From an uncultured Candidatus Actinomarina sp. (GTDB lineage Bacteria; Actinomycetota; Acidimicrobiia; Actinomarinales; Actinomarinaceae): 64,000 nucleotides of DNA. Positions 45,621 to 54,836 of the stretch are shown piece after piece. A program made the position numbers and the translations under genes. The notes under the pieces were generated by a model. That model did not search any database and was not told the origin of the DNA. It saw only the letters and a program-made list of their open reading frames with translations. The stretch is taken from positions 7,120 to 71,119 of the forward strand of contig CABXDM010000002.1 in NCBI GenBank assembly GCA_902510965.1. Reading direction: 5' to 3'. Each line of letters opens with the position of its first letter. Within the stretch, counting starts at the first letter, position 1.

Positions 45621-46899
45621 CTAATGAGGTTATTTGAATTCTCTCTTGTTTCATTGTATCTCTGTTTCTGATTGTCACACATTCATCATCTAGGGAGTCA
45701 AAATCTACTGTTATACAATTAGGAGTACCTATTTCATCCTGTCTTCTATATCTTTTTCCAATAGATTGAGTAATATCTATTTCTGTTCTGTAAAGTGGTC
45801 CCAGTAATAAATCAATTTGATTACAAACATTAATTAATTCTTCTTTCTTGCTTAATGGCAAAATTGCTATTTGAATGGGGGCTATCTCAAAACTCATTTT
45901 AAAAAGTGTTCTACTATCTCCATTCTCAAGTTGTTCCTCTTCATAAGTAGATAATAAAATAGCAAAAACTGTTCTTGTTAATCCACCCGCAGGCTCAATA
46001 ACTGTTGGTAAGTGTTTTGAATTATCCTTTGGGTCAAAATAAGTTAAGTCTTTTCCACTTTTTTCTTGATGGGCTGCAAGGTCATAATTACCACGGTTTG
46101 CTACTCCCTCTAACTCTCCCCATCCCCATGGATAAAGATATTCGATATCAGTAGTTGATTTAGCATAGTGGGCTAATTCATCGGCTTCATGAGGTCTAAG
46201 TCTTAAAAGATCCTTTTTTAAACCGAGTTTGATATACCAGTCAAGTCTTTTCTGGGTCCAATATTTCATCCACTCTTCTGATTCATCTTCTTTACAGAAG
46301 AATTCAATTTCCATTTGTTCAAACTCTCTTGTTCGGAAGACAAACTGTCCGGGTGTTATCTCATTTCTGAAAGATTTACCAATATTTGCTATTCCAAAAG
46401 GTAACTTAGCCCGCATGGTTCTAAGTACATTTTCGAAATTAACAAATATTCCTTGGGCTGTTTCTGGCCTTAAGTAGACTTGGGAATTTTCATTCTGAAC
46501 GGGTCCAAGATTTGTCTCAAACATTAGGTTAAAGTTTTTAGGCTCGGTTAAATCCTGTGTATCGCAACAAGTTACTTCTGGTTCAGAATCACTTCTAAAT
46601 CTCGAATTACAATTTTTACACTCTACCATTGGGTCTGTGAATTCACTTAAATGACCTGAGGCTTTCCATACTTCGGTGCTTTGTATAATTGCTGTATCTA
46701 CAGGATAAATTTTGACTTCAGTAGTTTTTAAGGATTTCCACCAAAGCTCTGCAATATTATTTTTTAATAATGTACCTAGTGGACCGTAGTCATAAGAACT
46801 TCTTAAACCACCGTATATTGATGATGCATTAAATACGAATCCCCTGTTTTGAGCTATTTTTACTATTTTTTCAAATAATTCTTTATCAGGCTTTTCCAT
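45601..46899 (-). CDS. glyQS: Glycine--tRNA ligase (alpha2 dimeric class II type)
   Basis: 'RGFVFNASSIYGGLRSSYDYGPLG', 'FRNEITPGQFVFRTREFEQMEIEFF' and the C-terminal anticodon-binding domain. Start trimmed to MEKPDK (46899). The upstream ATG at 46953 would overlap uppS by 68 nt. Confidence 0.85.
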   Translation of the reverse strand: MEKPDKELFEKIVKIAQNRGFVFNASSIYGGLRSSYDYGPLGTLLKNNIAELWWKSLKTTEVKIYPVDTAIIQSTEVWKASGHLSEFTDPMVECKNCNSRFRSDSEPEVTCCDTQDLTEPKNFNLMFETNLGPVQNENSQVYLRPETAQGIFVNFENVLRTMRAKLPFGIANIGKSFRNEITPGQFVFRTREFEQMEIEFFCKEDESEEWMKYWTQKRLDWYIKLGLKKDLLRLRPHEADELAHYAKSTTDIEYLYPWGWGELEGVANRGNYDLAAHQEKSGKDLTYFDPKDNSKHLPTVIEPAGGLTRTVFAILLSTYEEEQLENGDSRTLFKMSFEIAPIQIAILPLSKKEELINVCNQIDLLLGPLYRTEIDITQSIGKRYRRQDEIGTPNCITVDFDSLDDECVTIRNRDTMKQERIQITSLVEYFQN

Positions 46900-47596
46900 A
46901 AGTTCTCTTTCTTTTTGAAAATTCCTCCACAGCTTGATTGAGCTCATCTTCACAAAATTCTGGCCAAAGAGTTTTAAAAAACATAAGCTCAGTGTAGCTA
47001 AGTTGATATAGTAGAAAGTTACTTAGCCGCTGTTCTCCTGCAGTTCTTATTAAAAGATCTGGATCCGGCATAGAAGGAATATACATATAATTTCTAAATT
47101 TATCACTTACCAGCTCGACATTGACGTTGGAATCATGGTCATTCGTAAATTTTTCAATACTTTTATGAACTTCATCTCGAGATCCATAATTAAAAGCAAA
47201 CACCAAGTTCAGCTTTATATTTGAAGAAGTTTGCTTTTCAGTCTCCGACATAAGAACTTTATTTTCAACTGGTATCTTTTCGTCATCTAAATCACCTAAG
47301 AAGTGGAAACGGACACCTAAATTATTAAATTCTTCTCTTCTTCTAATAAGAAGATCTCTGTTGAAAAACATAAGGAACTCAACTTCATCAGAACTTCTCA
47401 TCCAATTTTCAGTAGAGAAAGCATATACAGTTAGCCATTTTAAATTATTTTCTAATGCCCAGTGAATAGTTTTTGACAGAGACTCTTCGCCTGCTGCATG
47501 TCCTGCAGTTCTCTCGAGACCTCTATCTTGGGCCCATCTTCCATTACCATCCATAATTATGGCTATATGGTTTAGATCAATCTTTGTTAAGTCCAT
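46886..47596 (-). CDS. uppS: Di-trans,poly-cis-undecaprenyl-diphosphate synthase
   Basis: 'HIAIIMDGNGRWA', 'LTVYAFSTENW' and 'RTAGEQRLSNFLLYQLSYTE' are canonical cis-prenyltransferase motifs. Confidence 0.85.
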   Translation of the reverse strand: MDLTKIDLNHIAIIMDGNGRWAQDRGLERTAGHAAGEESLSKTIHWALENNLKWLTVYAFSTENWMRSSDEVEFLMFFNRDLLIRRREEFNNLGVRFHFLGDLDDEKIPVENKVLMSETEKQTSSNIKLNLVFAFNYGSRDEVHKSIEKFTNDHDSNVNVELVSDKFRNYMYIPSMPDPDLLIRTAGEQRLSNFLLYQLSYTELMFFKTLWPEFCEDELNQAVEEFSKRKRTYGKA

Positions 47597-48029
47597 TCCA
47601 CACCTTATCTAATATTTCATTTTCTTTTTTTCTCAATTTTGTTTCATTTAAATGGGAATAGCCAACTAAATGTAACAAACCATGGATTAATACTAGCTGC
47701 AACTCTTCAATTAGACCCTTGTGGAATTCGGCAGCATTTTTTTTTAAAATAGGTCTACAAAAAAACATATCTCCTAAAGTTTCTTCATTATGTGGATTAA
47801 GTTTTTTTATTTCCTTAATTCCAGAAAATAATGGAAATGAAAGCACATCAGTTGGTCCTGGTTTATTAAAATGCTGAAAATTTAGATTGCTTATTTCTTT
47901 TTGAGAAATGGAATATAGATTAAAAGAGAATTTACCAGGAATATTGAAAGAATAGTTAAAAACCTTAACTGCATGTTCTATGTTCTCTTTTTCATCTTTA
48001 TAAAAATATCCATTGAAAGTAACTTTCAA
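47577..48029 (-). CDS. ybeY: Endoribonuclease YbeY (rRNA maturation factor)
   Basis: 'HGLLHLVGYSH' (H-x3-H-x5-H zinc motif). 150 aa. Lies in the phoH–pgpH–ybeY operon. Confidence 0.8.
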   Translation of the reverse strand: MKVTFNGYFYKDEKENIEHAVKVFNYSFNIPGKFSFNLYSISQKEISNLNFQHFNKPGPTDVLSFPLFSGIKEIKKLNPHNEETLGDMFFCRPILKKNAAEFHKGLIEELQLVLIHGLLHLVGYSHLNETKLRKKENEILDKVWNGLNKD

Positions 48030-48030
48030 A

Positions 48031-50202
48031 CTATTCTTCTTCAGAGATATCTGGATACATTACTCTTTGATGATAAAGACCTTCTAAGCTTTTTTGAAAA
48101 GATTGTTTAATTTTATCTATGTCGGAAAATGTAATTGGTGAGTTCTCTAGCTGTCCATCGGAGATCTTTTCATTAAAAATTTCCTCAATAACATTTCTTA
48201 TTTTTTCTTCGTCGGCATCTTCATTTAGAAATCTTGCCCGACATGCTCCTTCGAGGGCATCAGCAAACATAAGGATTGTTGTTTCTTTGGAGGTAGGTTT
48301 TCTACCTAAATGTCTAAAATCACTTTTATCAACATCAGGATTATCTATTTTTTCTTTTTCATAGAAGAATCGCATTATTGAGTCACCATGATGCTCTAAT
48401 ATCCCGTTATAAACAACTTCTGGTATTTTAAATTTTTTAGCTAGTTTAATTCCATCTGTGACATGCGCCCTGATTATATTAGAAGATTCATGTGTGGATA
48501 ATGTGTCATGAGGATTTGTTGATCCAAATTGATTTTCAATAAACATTGTTGGATTTTCTGTTTTTCCAAGATCATGAAAATATGCCATTGCTCTAGCTAA
48601 TTGAGCGTTTGCATTAATCACATTTGAGGCTCTGTCAGCTAAAGTACCCACGACTAGTGAATGATTAAATGTTCCTAAGGCCTTCTCTTCAAGATATCGT
48701 AATCCTGGATGGTTTCTATCTGCAAGTTCGGATAGTCGAAAGTTTGTGGTGATTTTAAAGACTGCTTCTATGTATGTAATCAATGAAAATGCAGCCAAGT
48801 TAGCAACTAATCCACCTATCAAACCAGTAATCAATACCTCGAATAGACTAAAGTCTTCTCTTAAGAAGAAATAGATTCCAAAAGAAATAACAGGTTGAGT
48901 TAAGGATATGTAAATTATTCTTTCTCGCAAGAGCCTTCTATCGATGTCTTCTGAGATGAACACAGATGGAAGAATTGAAAGAATTCCTCCTAATGCCAAA
49001 AGTCCAATATTTCCACCTCCAGCTAAAGCTAATAAAGCACTAGAGAGTGATAAAACCAGACTTGCTCTGAGATTCAGTAATGTAGCTGAGACGACACCAA
49101 CGAAAGAAATTGGTACTCCATACTTTAAATAATCAAGTTCTAATGTCTGAGAAAAGTAAGAAGTTCCCCTTAGGAATACTGATGCTATGAGGATCAAAGT
49201 TAATAATAATAAAAATTCTTTATCATTGTTCCAAATAGAATCGTTGAATCTCCAAAATAAAAAATAAATCAGTAGAAATATTGAGAATATAATTGGTAAA
49301 GCAGCAGTTTGAATTGTTCTCGATTCTCCTGAAAGATAACCGAAACTATCTAAGGTATTGTACTGAATCTGATTCACAATTGTTCCCTCTTGAATAATTA
49401 GGTCATTTTCAAAAAATTTTATGACCACAGGTTCTACAGAATCTGAAATCTGTTGTTTTTGGTTATTCCATAAATCTTCTTCTAATTTTTGGTTGGATAC
49501 TAAATTTTCAGCAATTATCTCAGAAACAGTTGACCTCAAGCGATTTTCAGGTATCAGTAAGAAAAGGTCACTTGTTAGATCTAAATAAGGAGGATTAGAG
49601 ACAATACTCTGTCTTAGTCCATTTAGATTTTCGTTGTTTATACCATTATTTAAAATATCATTAGCTTGGCTTTTTGCTTCTAATTCAAGTTGCGCAAGGT
49701 AGTTAGATTTATTGTTTAAGTCATAATTAGAAATTTCAACTAAAACTTCAATTGTGGATGTTGAAATAGTTGAAAACAAAAGTGACTCAGTAATTTTTTC
49801 AATTTGTTCGAGCTTTGTAAGATTTTTAATTTCCACTTCTGGTTCAGTATTTTCAGTAACGATATCTGAATCATTAACAATTAGAGTTTCCGAAATCCTA
49901 GCTTCAATAACGGCAAGGAACATATCTTTGACACCATTAATTACTGCATCATTAATAGTTGTATCTATTGAGTAGATAGGATTTACAGATTCTACTGCGA
50001 GTGCTTTATTTAATGCTGTTTGCTCTTCATCAATAACTTCGATGTAATTAGGAGCAGTAAAAGATACGGGAGAAATATCTCCAACACTTATTTTTATTAT
50101 TTGATTTTCGGGAAATATAGTGAATGAAATAAACCAAACTAGCGCACCAAAAATTATTACATAAATTAATTTTCTAGCATGGAGAAGATAGTTAGAAATC
50201 AT
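48031..50202 (-). CDS. 7TM-receptor HD-domain phosphohydrolase (PgpH/YqfF-like, 7TMR-HD)
   Basis: N-terminal extracellular domain, a 7-TM block, and a C-terminal HD domain ('AMAYFHDLGKTENP', 'LEHHGD'). Conserved position between phoH and ybeY. Confidence 0.75.
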   Translation of the reverse strand: MISNYLLHARKLIYVIIFGALVWFISFTIFPENQIIKISVGDISPVSFTAPNYIEVIDEEQTALNKALAVESVNPIYSIDTTINDAVINGVKDMFLAVIEARISETLIVNDSDIVTENTEPEVEIKNLTKLEQIEKITESLLFSTISTSTIEVLVEISNYDLNNKSNYLAQLELEAKSQANDILNNGINNENLNGLRQSIVSNPPYLDLTSDLFLLIPENRLRSTVSEIIAENLVSNQKLEEDLWNNQKQQISDSVEPVVIKFFENDLIIQEGTIVNQIQYNTLDSFGYLSGESRTIQTAALPIIFSIFLLIYFLFWRFNDSIWNNDKEFLLLLTLILIASVFLRGTSYFSQTLELDYLKYGVPISFVGVVSATLLNLRASLVLSLSSALLALAGGGNIGLLALGGILSILPSVFISEDIDRRLLRERIIYISLTQPVISFGIYFFLREDFSLFEVLITGLIGGLVANLAAFSLITYIEAVFKITTNFRLSELADRNHPGLRYLEEKALGTFNHSLVVGTLADRASNVINANAQLARAMAYFHDLGKTENPTMFIENQFGSTNPHDTLSTHESSNIIRAHVTDGIKLAKKFKIPEVVYNGILEHHGDSIMRFFYEKEKIDNPDVDKSDFRHLGRKPTSKETTILMFADALEGACRARFLNEDADEEKIRNVIEEIFNEKISDGQLENSPITFSDIDKIKQSFQKSLEGLYHQRVMYPDISEEE

Positions 50203-51131
50203 TTATCTGGAAATATCTCTAGAATCTTTGAAACGATAGGATTTCTTACAATATCTGTATTTTGGAATTCCATAACAGTGATTTCATCTATTTTTGAGAG
50301 TATTTTTCTAGTTTTTTTAAGTCCTGAATTATCTTTGCTATATAAGTCTATTTGAGACTCATCACCTGTGATGATTATTTTTGAATTTTCACCTAATCTT
50401 GTTAAAAACATTTTTATTTGACTCATTGTTGCATTTTGTGCTTCATCCAATATTATACATGCATTACTTAGAGTTCTCCCCCTCATGTATGCCAAGGGTA
50501 CAATCTCTATATTTCGTTTTTCTATTAAGTAAGCTAAAACCTCATTACCAAAAAAATATTCTAATGAATCAAATAATGGAACGAGGTAAGGATCAATTTT
50601 TTGTGATAAATCTCCAGGTAAATAGCCAAGCCTTTCTCCAGCCTCAACTGCAGGTCTAGTAAGTACTATTTTTTTTATTTTTTGTTCAGAATACATCTTA
50701 ACGGCGGCTGCAACCGCTAAAAAAGTTTTACCAGTACCAGCTGGGCCAATACCAAAAGTTACAGTTGAATTTTGTATGAGATCCATATACTTATATTGAT
50801 TAATATTCTTAACTTTTATGGACTTATTCTCAATTATTGAAATAGCACTAATCTTTTTTCCACCGTGCTTTTGAGTATCTTTAATATTAGTAAGTAGTGC
50901 TACATCGGTTTCTTCAATATTCTCCCCATTATCATTCATCATCACCATTTCATCAAAGATACGCATGATTTCTTTGGCATCTTTATCTTGGCCATCTATG
51001 AAAATAGTATTTCCTCTTACGTTTATCATGACATTTGGAAAAATAGATTTAATATACTTAAGATTTTTATCATTAATGCCCAGAATATTTACTACTTCAA
51101 CATTTGAAGGAATTTCTTTTTCAAAACTCAT
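50199..51131 (-). CDS. phoH: PhoH-like ATPase
   Basis: Walker A 'GPAGTGKTFLAVAAA', 'ILDEAQN' and 'ITGDESQIDL'. Start trimmed to MSFEKE to remove an 85-nt overlap with the HIT gene. Confidence 0.85.
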   Translation of the reverse strand: MSFEKEIPSNVEVVNILGINDKNLKYIKSIFPNVMINVRGNTIFIDGQDKDAKEIMRIFDEMVMMNDNGENIEETDVALLTNIKDTQKHGGKKISAISIIENKSIKVKNINQYKYMDLIQNSTVTFGIGPAGTGKTFLAVAAAVKMYSEQKIKKIVLTRPAVEAGERLGYLPGDLSQKIDPYLVPLFDSLEYFFGNEVLAYLIEKRNIEIVPLAYMRGRTLSNACIILDEAQNATMSQIKMFLTRLGENSKIIITGDESQIDLYSKDNSGLKKTRKILSKIDEITVMEFQNTDIVRNPIVSKILEIFPDK

Positions 51132-51472
51132 TAAATTTCCTTCAACATAGTTCCGCCAATAAGATGTAGATGAATATGGAAAACTGTTTGCATGGCATCC
51201 TTGTTTGTATTCCATAATAAACGATATCCTGATTCATCAATTCTAAGACTTTTAGCAATATTTTTTGCAGTTAACACTAGTTTACCAATTAATACTGCAT
51301 CATCTTGCGTAAGGTCATTAATGGTTTTTATCTTTTTTTTAGGAATTATTAATACATGTATAGGGGCAACTGGATTAATGTCATGTATTGCAAATATTTC
51401 ATCATCTTCGTAAATAATTTCAGAATCGATTTCTTTGTTGAGGATCATCTCAAATATTGATTTTTCTTCCAT
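51131..51472 (-). CDS. HIT-family nucleotide hydrolase
   Basis: 'PVAPIHVLIIPKK' and histidine triad 'HIHLHLIGG'. Confidence 0.75.
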   Translation of the reverse strand: MEEKSIFEMILNKEIDSEIIYEDDEIFAIHDINPVAPIHVLIIPKKKIKTINDLTQDDAVLIGKLVLTAKNIAKSLRIDESGYRLLWNTNKDAMQTVFHIHLHLIGGTMLKEI

Positions 51473-51480
51473 AATAAATT

Positions 51481-52113
51481 CTACATCATTAAGGATACAG
51501 CAACTACAGCAGCAGTATCAGATCTTAGAGTAAAATCACTTAGTTTAGAGATATATCTAAATTTTTTTAATTCCTCATTACTCCAACCACCCTCAGGACC
51601 AATTGCAAAATTTGTGGACTCAATATTCTTTTTGAGAGATTTGCCAGTAATGTCAAAAGTGTGTTGAAATTTATTGAAGTCAAGTTTATCCTCTAGAATC
51701 ACTTTTGGCACAAAGGGAATACCCGACTGTTCAATTGCTCCGACTATCCATGTATTTACTTTTTTAGCATCGATATTAACTTTTTGAGAATTCATGGTTG
51801 GACCAATTGTTATACTTTTTACACCAAGCTCAGTCAATTTTTCAATTAGCTGTCTCATTCTTGTTTTATCTTGAAGTTTTGCTATGAATATGTTTAATTC
51901 ATTGTTTCTTTGGTGGGTATCAGTTTTAGAAATATCTACCTTTGAATTATATATTCTACCATGGGAAATAATACCTTCACCATTGGTAACCATCACATCA
52001 GATCCATTTTTTACTCTAAGAACATTGTTTAAATGATGTACCTTCTCTTCAGTAAGGATATAGTCTTCTTTTGAAGACTCATATTTAGCATCAAATATTG
52101 TTGGTATGTGCAT
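51481..52113 (-). CDS. rsmE: 16S rRNA (uracil1498-N3)-methyltransferase RsmE-like
   Basis: 210 aa. N-terminal PUA-like and C-terminal SPOUT-like organisation; 'HHLNNVLRVKNGSDV' resembles the RsmE N-terminus. Conserved position next to lepA/hit. Moderate confidence. Confidence 0.55.
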   Translation of the reverse strand: MHIPTIFDAKYESSKEDYILTEEKVHHLNNVLRVKNGSDVMVTNGEGIISHGRIYNSKVDISKTDTHQRNNELNIFIAKLQDKTRMRQLIEKLTELGVKSITIGPTMNSQKVNIDAKKVNTWIVGAIEQSGIPFVPKVILEDKLDFNKFQHTFDITGKSLKKNIESTNFAIGPEGGWSNEELKKFRYISKLSDFTLRSDTAAVVAVSLMM

Positions 52114-53891
52114 TATTGTTTTAAAAATTCTTTAAAAGCTTCTTTTGGAACAGCTACTTTGCCAATATTGCGCATCTTCTTTTTGCCTTCTTTTTGTTTC
52201 TCAAGGAGCTTTCTTTTTCTTGTTATATCACCACCATATAACTTTGCCGTAACATCTTTTCTTAGGGCCTTAATGGTTTCTCTAGCAATAATCCTAGATC
52301 CTACTGCTGCCTGGATTGGGATATCAAATTGTTGTCTTGGAATTAACTCAGAAAGTTTTTTAACTCTATTTCTGCCAACAAACTCTGCATTTTCTTTGGC
52401 GAGTATTGAACTAAACGAATCTATTGATATTCCGTTAACTAATATATCTAGTTTTACTAAATTTCCTTTTTCGAAATCTAAGATTTGATAATCTAATGAT
52501 GCAAATCCTTGAGATATTGATTTCAATGAATCATAAAATCCAGTTACCAGTTCTAAAAGAGGCATTCTGTACTTTAATTTAACCATCGATGTACTCAAGT
52601 AATTTAAATCTAACTGGGTGCCTCTCTTCTCATTCAATAAATTCATTATTGAACCTAGATACTCTTTTGGGAAAAGTAAATCAAGTTCACAGATTCTTTC
52701 CTGTATGGATTTAATGTCCGTATATTCCTCTATTTTTGATGGATTCCTAATTATTATTTCTTCGTCATTATTACGTACAATCTTGAACTCAACGGATGGA
52801 GGTGTGACAATTAAAGAAAGATTAAACTCTCTTTCTAATCTTTCTATAACAATTTCTAAATGTAAGAGTCCTAAAAATCCACACCTAAAACCAAATCCAA
52901 AAGCAGAAGATGTTTCAGGCTCATAATAAAAACTTGCATCATTCAAAACATATTTATCCAGTGAATCCCTTAATTTTGCATAATCATCTGAATCAGCTGG
53001 ATAAATACTAGAGAAGACAGTTGGCTGTGGTTCCTTATAGCCGGAAACAACAATTGGATTTTCATCTTCTTGACTTACTAGAGTATCTCCTACTCTTATT
53101 TGGGATAATTCTTTCGCTCCGGTGACTATGTATCCAACTTCACCGGAAGATAATAAATTAGCTGGAGAAAGTTTCAAATCAAAATAACCAATTTCTGAGG
53201 CCTCAAAATCAAATTTAGAGTTAATAAGTTTCAATTTCGAATTAGTTTTGACCTCCCCTCCAAACACTCTTACGGATGCGATTACTCCTCTATAAGGATC
53301 GAAGTATGAGTCGAAGATTAGTGCATTTGTATTTTCTGCTTTTGTTACTGGAGAACTTATTAAACTGGGAATTTCTTTTATTAGTTCATCAACACCTAAT
53401 CCACTTTTAGCTGAAATTTTAAAAATTTCTTCATCTCTTGCTCCAATAAGGTTAAAAATCTGTTTTGTTACATTTTCAACATCAACATCAATTGAATCAA
53501 CCTTATTTATTACTGGAATTATATCTAAGCCTGCCTCTATGGCGGCATATGAATGTGCAAATGTCTGGGCCTGTACACCTTGAGTACCATCCACTAGTAG
53601 AATTGCACCATCACATGCTATGAGTGCTCTGGATACTTCATAAGAAAAATCGACATGTCCAGGGGTGTCTATAAGGTTTATCTGCATATTCCCAAAATTT
53701 AATCGAATTGGTTGTGACTTGATTGTAATACCGCGCTCTCTTTCAAGGTCCATAGTGTCTAATATTTGATCAACATGATCACCTGGAGTAATTAACCCAG
53801 AAATTTCGATGAGCCTATCAGCCAAAGTGGATTTTCCATGATCAACATGGGCAATGATTGAAATATTTCTTATATTTTTATTAGTTAACAT
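52113..53891 (-). CDS. lepA: Elongation factor 4 (LepA)
   Basis: 'IRNISIIAHVDHGKSTLADRL' (G1), 'DTPGHVDF' (G3), 'NKVD' (G4), and LepA-specific C-terminal domain. Confidence 0.9.
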   Translation of the reverse strand: MLTNKNIRNISIIAHVDHGKSTLADRLIEISGLITPGDHVDQILDTMDLERERGITIKSQPIRLNFGNMQINLIDTPGHVDFSYEVSRALIACDGAILLVDGTQGVQAQTFAHSYAAIEAGLDIIPVINKVDSIDVDVENVTKQIFNLIGARDEEIFKISAKSGLGVDELIKEIPSLISSPVTKAENTNALIFDSYFDPYRGVIASVRVFGGEVKTNSKLKLINSKFDFEASEIGYFDLKLSPANLLSSGEVGYIVTGAKELSQIRVGDTLVSQEDENPIVVSGYKEPQPTVFSSIYPADSDDYAKLRDSLDKYVLNDASFYYEPETSSAFGFGFRCGFLGLLHLEIVIERLEREFNLSLIVTPPSVEFKIVRNNDEEIIIRNPSKIEEYTDIKSIQERICELDLLFPKEYLGSIMNLLNEKRGTQLDLNYLSTSMVKLKYRMPLLELVTGFYDSLKSISQGFASLDYQILDFEKGNLVKLDILVNGISIDSFSSILAKENAEFVGRNRVKKLSELIPRQQFDIPIQAAVGSRIIARETIKALRKDVTAKLYGGDITRKRKLLEKQKEGKKKMRNIGKVAVPKEAFKEFLKQ

Positions 53892-53930
53892 CTTTATTAA
53901 GTTATTATCTTATATACAAAGGGGTTTTAG

Positions 53931-54167
53931 ATGGCAAATATTAAATCACAAAAAAAAAGAATTAGGCAAGATGCAAAGAAAAATTTGCGAAACAAGTCTG
54001 TAAAAACTGAACTTAAATCATCTCTCAAATCTCTATACGATGAAAATAATCAAGTAATTGTAGAAAAAAAAGCATCCGTAATGAAAGAACTTGACAAAGC
54101 ATTTACCGATGGAATTATTTCAAAGAACTATAGAGATAGAAACAAATCTAGAATTTCAAAACTCTAA
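53931..54167 (+). CDS. rpsT: 30S ribosomal protein S20
   Basis: 'MANIKSQKKRIRQDAKKNLRNKS', 78 aa. An AAAGGGG Shine-Dalgarno sits 8 nt upstream. Confidence 0.85.
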   Translation: MANIKSQKKRIRQDAKKNLRNKSVKTELKSSLKSLYDENNQVIVEKKASVMKELDKAFTDGIISKNYRDRNKSRISKL

Positions 54168-54836
54168 AAGCTGTTTAACTCCAACTACAAACCTTTTATT
54201 GTTTTCTTGATTAAACCCTGATTTATTAATTAGCAACTCAATCTTCTTTAGTTGATGAAATGACTTTTCTAAGTTAACTGTACTTATCATATTTAATCTT
54301 TTTTCAGCTAATTCATATTTAAAATCTATTTTCTCGTCTAGCAATTGTGAAATTTTTTCTACATCATTATCGTTCAATAAATTTATCCTTAAGAGCTCTT
54401 TGTTGAGGTAAGAAATAAATTGTCTAAATAAAGTTTCATCACCACAAAATTTAGTAATAACTTCGTTTGAAAGTGACTGTTTTTTATTAAATATAATATT
54501 GCTGAGATCCCAGGGAAGAAATTTATCTTTATCTTTGATTAATCCTTCAATGACTTCTATATCCTTAGACACTTCCGAAAATTTACTTAAACTATTCTTT
54601 TTAATCTGAAAAATACAATTAGATGAGAATTTATAGTTACTATTTGATAATTCTCTGAAATTAACAAATTGGTCATATATAAATTTAATATTGTCCTCTT
54701 CAAATAGTGACGCTGTAGTATTTGAAGAGAAATCACTATATTTTATAAATTCGACAGTGTCTTGAATGTTTGAGAATTTAATAAAATCTTGTTTATTAGT
54801 AATAAGTTTTTCTGTAATAAGTAACTTTGTCATCAA
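54156..54836 (-). CDS. Hypothetical protein, positional candidate for a shortened DNA polymerase III delta subunit (holA-like)
   Basis: 226 aa and alpha-helical. Convergent with rpsT, exactly as holA is in actinobacterial genomes. No strong motif was recognised, so the call rests on position only. Confidence 0.3.
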   Translation of the reverse strand: MMTKLLITEKLITNKQDFIKFSNIQDTVEFIKYSDFSSNTTASLFEEDNIKFIYDQFVNFRELSNSNYKFSSNCIFQIKKNSLSKFSEVSKDIEVIEGLIKDKDKFLPWDLSNIIFNKKQSLSNEVITKFCGDETLFRQFISYLNKELLRINLLNDNDVEKISQLLDEKIDFKYELAEKRLNMISTVNLEKSFHQLKKIELLINKSGFNQENNKRFVVGVKQLLEF

